Assembly (NCBI GenBank): GCA_013239625.1
Contig: MU053933.1
Span: 2,905,817 to 2,969,816, forward strand
Reading direction: 5' to 3'
DNA from: Lama guanicoe
Taxonomy: Eukaryota
Length of the DNA stretch: 64,000 nt
The position numbers and the translations under genes were made by a program. The notes beneath the pieces were generated by a model. The model saw only the letters and a list, made by a program, of their open reading frames with translations. It made no database searches and had not been told where the DNA came from. Numbering within the stretch: the first letter of the stretch is position 1; every line of letters starts with the position of its first letter. This document shows positions 22,156 through 32,319 of this stretch, one piece after another.

Positions 22156-24329
22156 TGACAAACCTGCAACAGATAGAACAGGACCTTATTTGACTTTCAT
22201 TAAACCTAGGCACAGTAAGCGTATTGTACTTAATATTGATGACTCTAAATATTTCTTTACTAATTAGAACGAACTTAAACTAAACTTAATACCAAGCACT
22301 AACTTAACATTAAATATTTTCCAGTTCATGTGAACCTGAAAGTCAATTTCGTCAGTTTTTATTTTAAAAATACTAAATTTGTAAGCTCTTATTTTTATGT
22401 CAACTATGCAGAGCTGTTCCACTTTGATTTTTTTTTTTTTAGCGGGAGAAATATCTCATATCTATAATGTGTACACAGACTTATAAACAGACAAAAGCTA
22501 GAGATCTCGTAGCTTCACTTTAAAAATTACTTAGGAGTTAGGTTTAACAATATAACTTTACTGCTTATGAACAACAGTTGGAGCAAGCTGAATTTGCTTG
22601 CTCACATCACTAAGGCTCACTACTGATGAAAAAGACATTTAAGATTTCTGGACAAAGTCTGAAGGGCCCGTCAGAGTTCTGAGTTCTAAAATGCCAAAAA
22701 TGTCTTTGGCCTCAAGTTTCACCTCGTTGAGCTAATTAGGCTCAGCCCTAGGTCACTGTTTGCTGTATTTACATTTCTGATCTGCAGGACAGAGACAGGT
22801 GCTTCCGGTTCCCCAGAGAACTGCTCTGTCACCCAGGCCCAACTGCATCTCCTTAATTTGCTTTTCAGTATCAGTGAGAAGAGCTCTAGACACAGAATTC
22901 CATGTTTTAAAACTTTAAGGTTTACTTTATCATGTCTTCCAAAGCTTGCAGAAGGCGTTTAGTAAGGTCTCTTTTCCTTGAGTTGTAAGTTAAACCCAGG
23001 GTAGATCTCTTATTATTCTTTTTTATTAGCCCCTGAATATTAGTTTTTAGTTTTACTTTATATTGGGTGGCTCAGGCAACTCTATGGGTTTCCTTTAGTT
23101 TGTTTAAGTAATGTTTTCTGAGGGACAGATATGTGCCCAGCCTTATAATACCAAGAAGGGGAAGCGTTTTTCCATGGAAACATATCTATCCCACAACATA
23201 ATTAAGCAGAAGAGATTTATATAAAGCCCACTTAAATATACCAACTTTACAAACTTTGGTCTCCATTTTATTAACTCTTATACCTTTAATTTTAACATTT
23301 ATTAGGTTTAATCAATAATTCTTATTGCTAGAAGGGATGCCAGGAGCCTTTTTCTTTTATTACTTGTCCACTTTATCTAATTTTTATGTAAAAGTTTCTG
23401 GGATCCCCAAGTTTGAGCCAAAGGACTTAGGCCCTTGTCAGTTTTTAATTTGATTAATTGATTGGTTGCCCCAATCACTGATCAAGTATCTTAGTATATA
23501 TATATTTTTTTCTAGCCCTATAAATATATACATTTTAAACTGGGGTAAATAAAGCGGACTTGTTTGAACTTTAATGTTGGGGACCAGTAGGTGATCCCTT
23601 TGGCCTTTTTTTTTTTAACTTTACATAGTGTAGTATCAAAACCTTGTATCTAAATCCAAAAATATCCATTTTATTTATCCCATTCGAAACAACCATCTAA
23701 AGAACATTTATCCATTTGGGATAAACCCCTTATTATTGTCAAGAAAAAATCTTTTGACATTTTTACATTTCTTTTTTCAGTTACTCAACCTAATTAACAT
23801 TAATTATTCTAATGTTTTTATTAGCATCTCTAAAACCCATTGAAGGGAAAGAGAAAACACATATGTAGCTTTCCAAACCAGTCTTTTCCCTCCTTTGAAG
23901 TAAGGTCTTAGGTTAACCATTAGATATATTTTTCCACCTTTAAACTTGATTGATTTTAATAGGTACCAATAAAACAGCTGTTTATAATGAGAGCTCTCTT
24001 AACTTTCACAAGTTTAGAAGTTTTTCCACATTAAAGGATCCTTCATATGGCCTTCAATTAATAGTGATTTTAAGCCAATAGATGAAGAGGCTTTTCCACA
24101 TGAGAGTGGGGGGTGTTGCCTAAATAAATTTCAAAAGTTTACTCCCCAAAAGATAAAGTCCTTTGTGGCCCTGGCTGATGCAACGAAGGTCAAAATGGCA
24201 AAATGCCTGAGAATTGGTACAATCAAAGAACCGCCGAGAATCCCAATTTATTTGCTTGGCTGCCACATGCACACAATACTTGTACCCTTTGCATGGCAGA
24301 GTCCAAGCCTTCCTTCAAATAAAAGGAAA

Positions 24330-24363
24330 CACATACATACACACACACACACACAGACACACA
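24330..24363. repeat. Imperfect (CA)n inside the ERV
   Basis: cacatacatacacacacacacacacagacacaca. Confidence 0.85.
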
Positions 24364-25187
24364 AAACACCCAGAGAAAGACTAAACATCTACATTTCAAG
24401 GACACAGGAAGAGAACTCCAAGTTCCCCCAAAGGGGCTTTTGTTTTTATAAGGTCAGATTCCAGAAAATGTTTCATCAGGCCTGGCTAGTTACTTTCAGG
24501 GTGAGGTTTTTTGAATTCCCCATTAAGGCTGTAAGTGCTGTGGGTAAATAAGCCTGGCTGGGGTATTAGCTGGAGGCTGGCAATCTGTCATTTCTTTTCT
24601 TTTCTTTTTTTTTTGAAAGTTCTCTTCCCCATTCTAAGGCTGGGCTGCCAGACAAACCCGCAGCAGTTTTCCCACAGGGACGCCTGCACGGCACGAGGTT
24701 GCCTCCGCCACCCGAGAAGGCTGCTGCCAGCCAGGAGGAGGGCCCCATTTTTGGAGGTGAAAGATTCCTCATAAGAGTTTTCCTTTTATCCCGACAGATT
24801 TAATGGAGGTAGCCAAACTGAGGAAAGTGTTAGACCAGCCTCTTACCTGACTACTCAGTCCAGAGCCCAGTGTCTTTCCACCAGCCCCACTCGGATGTCT
24901 CCTCAAGATGGGCGTTTCCCGGTATCTTTCAACCAGGCCCCACCCAGCATGTCTCCACTGGGTGGGTAATTCCCCCCAGCATCTTTCAACTCGGGGGCCA
25001 GGTACCTGGATGCACCGCCAAATAAAACTCAGGAGCATAAGCCAATATGGGAGATCCGAGATCCAGGAGAGACTCACCCAAATTCGTCTGGACTCCACGA
25101 GGAGGTGGGTGGGCACAAAGGGCCACTGCTGGTACCAAGGCTCCGGCTCCTCGGAGAGCTCAGGCGAAGGAGAAAAGTCTGCTCTGG

Positions 25188-25205
25188 GTCCCTTCGTGGT
25201 CGCCA
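25188..25205 (-). promoter_or_regulatory. Retroviral primer-binding site complementary to tRNA-Arg
   Basis: Minus-strand TGGCGACCACGAAGGGAC, 4 nt after the 5' LTR. The plus strand GTCCCTTCGTGGTCGCCA equals the 3' 18 nt of a mammalian tRNA-Arg(TCG) as I recall it. Confidence 0.85.
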
Positions 25206-25209
25206 AAAC

Positions 25210-25700
25210 TGTTGACTGAAATACACGCGCAGCCTTAAAGTTAAGAGTCATGTTCTGTTTGGCGGGAGGACTCGAGCCGGGGTGACGGCCTCTCAGGTGT
25301 CTCTGAGGGGCTGCTCTGAAGAGGTAGGGGAGGAGCTAGGATGTATAGGGGCTTTACAACAAAGACCAGGTAGTCGGAACAATGAAAGATTACTTGTTAT
25401 CTAAAGAGAATCAGGCACCTCAAGGTAAAGAATTTACCGCTGTTCTATGTATGGGAAGAAGCAAACACTTGGGCTCACTGAATTCATTCCCTCGACAAGC
25501 ACCTGGCTGTCTAGGGCCAGTGTCTTGTCCTTTCTTATTCCGAGTCTGCTCAGGGTGCACCACTGTGAGTGGCTGCAGAGGCCAGGCTGCAGGCCTGTCC
25601 CCACTGCCGGGTGGCAGCCGCTGATGACTTGGTTTCAGCCTTCTTTGTTTACTGATATGGTTGCAGCATTTTCATTCACACGGCAGTATTTTCGTTCACA
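25210..25700 (-). repeat. 5' LTR of the provirus
   Basis: Direct-repeat partner of 19091-19581, followed on the minus strand by the PBS. Confidence 0.95.
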
Positions 25701-28700
25701 GCAGCCACCCCTCAGAGCCTCAGCAGGGGCGGGAGGGGGGGCCCCAGGCAGGCCCACCCAGATGTTCCTGGACCCTGGAGCCCGTAAGCAGGTGGGGCAT
25801 GGCCGTGGGAGGGGGATCAGGAGGGGCTGTGGCGTGGCCATGGGAAGGGGGCGGGCAGGTACCACCATCCGGGTGGGGTGCAGGGGGCCGGGGGCACATG
25901 GCCACACGCCTGCATTTCAGGGTGGGTTCTGCTCACTGGCAGTGACCAACTACAAGAGGGAGAGTGGACTGAGTCCACCCCCCGACACTAGGCTGCTGCC
26001 CCAAAGCACGATTGTCATGGGGATCCGTGGGTTCTGCATGTGGCGGTGCCACCCAAGAGGGACCCCTGCCATGGGGGGTCACAGACCTTAAGGCTGAGGC
26101 CCAGCCCAGGGCCCACGAACAGGAACATTCACCGAGAAGCCTGGGAGCAGTTTCAGGAAGACATGGGTGTAGAGGAGCCCAGGCTGGGAGTCCAGACTGA
26201 CCCTCACCTGCCCTCTCCCCCCACCTGCTCTCACTGGTCCTCAAAAGCCCTCACCTACCCTCGCCTCCTTGTAGTTTCTCTCTGGCCCTCATCTTACGCT
26301 CACCTGCCCTGCCCAGCTCCACGAGTCCAAACTGGCCTCACTCTGCCCTAACCGGCCCGTATTTCTTCTCGCTGGCCCTCACCCTCCTCAGCAGCCCACA
26401 TCTGCCCTCACCTGCCTATTCCTGTCTCACTGGCCCTCACTGGCCTCCGCCCCTGGGGCCCTTCGAGCTGACTGTGGACGGACGGGTTGGGCAGCGTGGT
26501 GACCTTGAAGGTGAGGGGGCAGCACCTGGGGCAGGCTGCACGCTGACTCCTGAGACCTCCTCTTTCTGCTGACTCTGAGTGGCCACTGACCCCGAGCTGG
26601 CAGGACAGGGGGGGAAGAGGCCACGCAGGGCCTCAGCGGCCCCAGGTGAGCTCTCCACTCTGCCGGCCCCGGGCCAGGCCTTGCCTCTCCCCCTCCCACG
26701 AGGGGGGTGCCTGGAGCTTGTCCAGCCTCAGGCCGGGTCGCAGCTCCATGCAGCCTCTCAGTGCTGGGAAGGGGGTGTCTGTTGCCGGCAGAGGGAGCTC
26801 GGGAGCTCTCTGGCACTTCTGCTCTGCGTGCACAAGAGCCCAGTGCCCCAGGGTAGCCCAGGCCATGGGTCAGAGCCTCGAAGCAGGAAGAAGCTGGGGG
26901 CGTGGGTAGGGGGAGGCCAGAGATCTGGAGAAAGAGGCCGAGGGTCTGGGTGGCCACCAGCAGTGAGCTCCTGGCCACAACCCTGATGAGAGGGAGAATG
27001 CGACAGCGTGCCCAGAGGGAGGACACTGCCACAGACGGTCACTTGGTGATTCATAAGCAAGCACTGGCCCAGCCCCTGATGGAGCTACTTGGGGTGGGGT
27101 GGGGGGCAAGACTGCAGGCTCCCCACCGACAGGGGCCCAGGAATCTCGGAGGAGGCAGGGGAGGGGCAGGCGGGAGGCCCCTCGATCCAGGCTGGGCACT
27201 GGGGGCCTCCCTCCGTGCACCCCCGCTCCACTAACCGCTGCCTCCCCTGCGGGGAGACAGCCTCACGGTGCTGGGGCTGCTGAGTTCTCAGGGGAAGCCT
27301 GACGTCTGACATTTCTATGCGAAAGCTCTGATTTTTAACTAATTAACAATTTTAAATTAGTTAAAACTAATTAAAATGGATTAAATTTGTACTAGTTAAA
27401 ATAAATTGAATTCTCCTTGAAGCACTGAGCCGACTCCTGAGCTAGCTCGGCCTCCCCTGCACGTGCTCTGACCACCCTGGAGCATCTTCCCTCCAGGGAC
27501 CCAGGGCAGGGAGGGGATGGCCGCCTGTTTGGGCATGTGCACACCTAGGGCAAGGCCCAGCCCCGCGGTCCCGCGCTCCCCTGGCCCCGAGGCAGGACAG
27601 TGCTCCCTGCGCTGGTGCGGCCGTGGGTGTGACTGTGCTGCTGGGGTGCTGGCTCTGCCCGACCCGGCCAGGTGCTCCTGGGGGGAGCTGGGGGCTGTCT
27701 CCTGGCCCCCAGCACCGGACGGGCCTGCCAGTGCAGCAGCAGGCCAGTGACAAGCTGAGGCCTGCAAGCCTGCCACGGGTCAGGGTCCCCGTTGGGTAGA
27801 GTGTGCCGTTACTCGATTCCTCCTGAGACCCAGTGACGGTGGGGCTGGAGGGGAGATGGGGGGCGTCTTCCCCTCAAGTTCTGCTCTCTGGTACAAAGAC
27901 CTCACTAAGCAGTTGAAACCCTACACGGAGCAGCCTGTGTGGTCCATGTGGCTTCCTTCCAGAGGGGACCTGGCGGTGACCGTGCTCTGCCTGCCCCGCT
28001 CGGGGCTGAGAGGGGCCCCGAGGAGCCCCCCGTGAGGCCAGGGGAGGGGTCCCACTACCTGGCTCTGCCTCTGGGGTCTGTCCGGCTGGAGGCAGTGTTG
28101 GGCTCTCCAAACGTGAAGTGGTCACGGGGGCCTTGCCATCCCTAAGTTACAGGGGGCAGGGCCGAGGTGGGGCAGCTACCCCCTCACAGTGGGTCACGCC
28201 TGTCAGGGTGCCCCTGGACGGGAGGATGGAGCTGGAAGGCACCATCTCGCTCAAGCCTTTGTGCATGTTTGTCAAGGAAGCAGCCACATTTTCAACTTGG
28301 AAAAGCAGGTCTTCCAGTAGGACAGACCGGAAGCTCTGGGCTCCACGTCTCCCTCCTCCAGCCCCAGGTCTCATGTCCCCGGGACCCACTGTCAACCCTG
28401 GCAGGTGACACAGCATCCCCTTCAGCTGAGATACGAAACCCACCCTGTCACGCGGGGGTCCCCAGATCCACACTTCACATGAGGGTTGTGACCGGGGCCA
28501 TCCAGAGACACCGAGGTCACGAGAGGGGAGCCTGCAGACAAGATGTGGCATCCACAAGGCCGGCCTGCCACGGCCCCCTGGGGACCCCGGACGTGGCCCA
28601 GGACAGGGAGGCGCAGCACACAGCGCCGTCTGCTGACTCCCAGTGTGGCCCGGGGCGCACAGCTGCCTTCTCCACCCTCCTCGTGGGGAACGCCACGTCC

Positions 28701-29254
28701 AGATGGCCTTCCTTCGGCCCAAGCCCAGCTCCGTCCTGCCTGGACCACCGTGTGTCTGAGGCTTCCCATCATCTCCGGACCTGCTCTGTCCAACCCAGTG
28801 GCTACTGGCCGTGTGTGTCCTATCAGATTAACTAAGCAGAACTGAAAGTCCAGGTCCTGTGCTTCAGGCGTGAGGAAGGACAGTGCAGATGTGGGCCGCT
28901 CCCATCACCGCAGAGAGCTCTGTGGGCAGCACTGACTGGGGTGACTCCCCCTGGCTGCCTGCAGGGAAGAGATGAGGCTGGATGCGGTGCCAGAGGTGAC
29001 CATGGGGACGCGGGGAGGAAGAGGTCAAGGGAGCCGGGCCCTGCCTTCAAGTGCAGCACACGAGCCTGAAGGTCCTGCCTCTGCCCCGTCACAGGGAGGC
29101 CAAGCCACCAAGGTGGGTGAGCGGAGGGCACGTGCGAGGGTGGGACACGGGAAAGGTCCACCGTGCCATGGCCAACCCTGGAGTTCCTCCCCTGCCCTCG
29201 GCTGCAGAGTTAGCCAGTCCAGGAGAGCGAAGTGAGACCCTGGGGAAAGTGTTA

Positions 29255-29970
29255 GGCTCATGAGAGAATTAAGTCAAGCAGCTGATTTTAAAGCATGCGT
29301 GTATATATTGTATATATACAAAATGAAGTACATTTAGAAATAAACTTAACAAGAAATGTACAGAACTTCTATGGGGAAACAATAAAAGTTTTCAGACGGA
29401 CATTTAAGTAAGTGGCAGATACACCTCCAGGCGCCGGGGAGGTCTCCTCAGTGCGTCTCGTTTGCCCAGGACGGAACTGCAGCGACAGCGCAGTGCTCGG
29501 CAGGGCGCGGCTTGGAAGGAAGGCAGCACCTGAAGCTCCCCTGCAGGGATAACTGCGTGTAGCAGGGTTTCTGCTTTGCCTGCAGAAAAGCAGCTGCAGG
29601 GAGGAGAGCCTGGTGCTGACGGGAGGAGCCCGGCGCGGGTGGCTGCTCGCGGAGCCCGCGGGGCGGGGGCTCCAGCTGCAATTCCAGAGAAGCCTGACGG
29701 TAACCTAAACGCAGCCATCACGCGGACGCGGGGCGCTGAAGGCAGGAGCCACGAAGGAAAAGGCTGTCGGCCGGCCTCCGTTCCAGTTAAAGCAGCTAGG
29801 GGTCAACGGGAGCCCCAGGGAGCTGCGCGCTGAGCAGCCTCCGGGGAAACGGGCCCGAGGCGCGAGTCGGGGCTGTGCCCTCCGTCAGCGGGGTTTCCGC
29901 GCGTTTGCACACTCCTGTGTTTGATAGAGCGGTGTTGTGCCAACAAGGAAAAGACGAACACAAGCTGAAA
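29255..29970 (+). mobile_element. Old L1 ORF2 fragment (post-RT region), strongly GC-shifted in its 3' part
   Basis: tttagaaataaacttaacaagaaatgtacagaacttctatggggaaac matches the L1 LGINLTKxVxDLYxEN region; the homology decays into CpG-rich sequence that ends near gtgttgtgccaacaaggaaaagac. Confidence 0.6.
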
Positions 29971-32319
29971 AATGGGCTGGCGATGTACATGACAACTGCT
30001 CAAAATAAGAACTAAAAATAGTCCTATTAAAGTCATGAGAGTGCTGTGTTTTGACAATCCAACTTGCAAAGATTTTTAAAAATTTAAACCTATTTTTCAG
30101 CTTTTTTTGGTCTTTCTTTTATTGAATAGGTGGTATATTTGCATAATTCAAAAGTCAGCAAGTGTAAAAGGCTCCGTGGTGGGGGCGAAGTCCTCCCTCC
30201 CACCCCCGCCTCCCTGTTCCACCCCAACAGGCAGCCTTGGTCCAGGGAGGACCGCCCGAACGTGCCGGCCGGCACCCCCGGCGGCCTCCTCCTCCTCTGC
30301 GTGGGTGCCGGCGGGCGTGGCTCTGCGCAGTCCTGCCCGTCTGCTGGAGAGTCTTGGAGACGGCTCCAGATCCACACACGGAGCTCTGACTTCTTCTCTG
30401 AGCGGTGGAGATGAGCTAAACACCTTGAACATTCACCGTTTCACTACTGCATGAGGATGTTTATAAGGTTCTTTCCTGGATGTGAAGTTTGCTGCCAGCG
30501 TGGCCCCGGTGGGGGTGGGGGCCAGGGTGCCGGGGAAAGATTTGTTTTAACCACGACACCCAGTTCTGATGACGATGAGGGCACACTCGCCCACGGCTGG
30601 TTGGGAACGCCCACACGTCAGTGGGAAGGGCGCAGCCTCTAAAGTCAGGGATGCATGTGCACAGACCAGTGAGGCGAGACCCAGAGACTCCGTGCAGGCT
30701 GAACAGCGCCTTCCACCTGGCTGAGTGGCAAGATGTGGGAAACTGACCGGCTCACAGGCTGCTGGGACGCCTCAGGGGGCAGTGGAGTGTGCACTGGGCC
30801 GCCGTCCTACAGGGCGGCCTGGCACTGGAGGTCAAATGAAGCCCCGGGGTGCTGTGGCCCACAGCTCCTCTCCAGGGTCCCCGAGGCTTCCTCCCCCAGA
30901 GCCAGGCCAGGCCCAGACCACAGCACGAGGGGGTGGGCTCCTGTCGCCACCTGGAGAAGGAACTGCTGGCTGTGCCGGGTACTCACCGGGGTGGTGCCCC
31001 AGCAGTAGCTGATCAGCCACGCGGTGTGGATGCACCTGAGAAGGCCAAGGACGGGGCAGAACAAGGTGCCGCCCAGGCCACTTAGAAGCCTAAGGCAGAA
31101 AGTGCAGAAAACAGTACACATTCTTGAAAAGACTTGATAGTTAGGAGGGCTGTTGGGGGTGGGGGAGACTCAGAGTGGGGAACGAGGGAAGGAACACTGG
31201 GGCCTTGAGGGAGGCGAGGGTGGGTGATCTGAGAGCCAGGGGAGGGTGGCCTGTGCCCTAGCCGTGGCCAAACAAGAAGCCAAGGACAAGCACACAGGCT
31301 TCGGACCCGAGCGGCGTCACGTGTCATCACAAGTCACCACTGTGCCTTTGGAGCACACGGTGACTCCTCGGAGCTCAGCTTCCTCGCGGACAAGATGGAG
31401 CAACGACTCCGTCCCCACCGCGGCCCCACTGTCACAACTGGTCATGACCCACGTGGTGCTCACAGAGCAGCAACCCCGTCAGTGTCCTTGTTGCAGTGTG
31501 ATTATTCCGTGTTCTGAAACACAGACATTTCTCCACCACTCATGGTATAAAAAAAATAAAACAGAAAGGGAATAAATAATGGAACTTAATCCACTTCCAC
31601 CAGCCACACGAGCCACGTGGACTTGGAGCTGGTAAGTTCTTCGAGCCTTGTCTGCAGGAGGAGGGTGAGGTCTGAGTAACGCACAGCTCTGGGCAAATGG
31701 CTTCTGACCATCATGGCCGAGGTGACAACAAGGAACAGATAGTGACCTCGTGTATGTGCTGAAAATAACTGACAAAGAATAGAACAGAAACGAAGTGTTC
31801 TGTTTTAACGTTTGACAGAAACATAGGTCTTCTGCCATCCATTTGTAGTAAACAAGTCTGCTGGGTTAAAATAGTGTTACGTTTGTTCTTCCTTGTGACA
31901 CTGGAGTGTTGATTTTAGAGGGTCATCTTAACCAGGATTGCACATGGCGCGTTTGGAACATGGACCCCCTCACGCACCCCGACACCTGGCCGGGTGGACC
32001 CTGCGCTAGGACTGCGGTGGGGGTGCCAGTGCAGCAGAGGAAGACAAAACTCCCAGAAATGTTCACTAGATCAGCAGAGTTTTCCTCCTGATTCTAAGAT
32101 AAATGATCAGTCAGGCAACGCAGACCTGAAACAAAAGCCATTTTTATGGAAGAAGACACCCAGTCAGCCCTCATCACACACGCCCCGCACTGACACGCAT
32201 GCACAGCCCACACACACACTCGCACGCACCGCACACCCCCCAGAGGGAAGCCCCTCACTGTGTAAGATTTAGGATGGCCTCTGGGGAGTTCCTCAAGAGA
32301 CCAGGTCTGACGACGTCCC

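Larger units (their letters stand above)
19091..25700 (-). mobile_element. Full-length non-autonomous ERV1-class provirus (MER4-group-like), 6.6 kb
   Basis: Two 491-nt direct repeats (19091-19581, 25210-25700) with TG...CA ends. 4-bp TSD GCAG (19087-19090, 25701-25704). PBS at 25188-25205, purine tract at ~19585-19596, AT-rich internal region without long ORFs, and an integrase C-terminal remnant. Confidence 0.95.

Noticed and set aside
19582..25209. Possible gag/pol/env genes within the provirus
   Set aside because: No long ORF on the proviral strand; only a short integrase remnant with a stop could be recognised.
28147..28400. Protein-like minus-strand segment SVLLEDLLFQVENVAASLTNMHKGLSEM
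   Set aside because: No recognisable family and no convincing flanking acceptor; needs BLASTP or RNA evidence.
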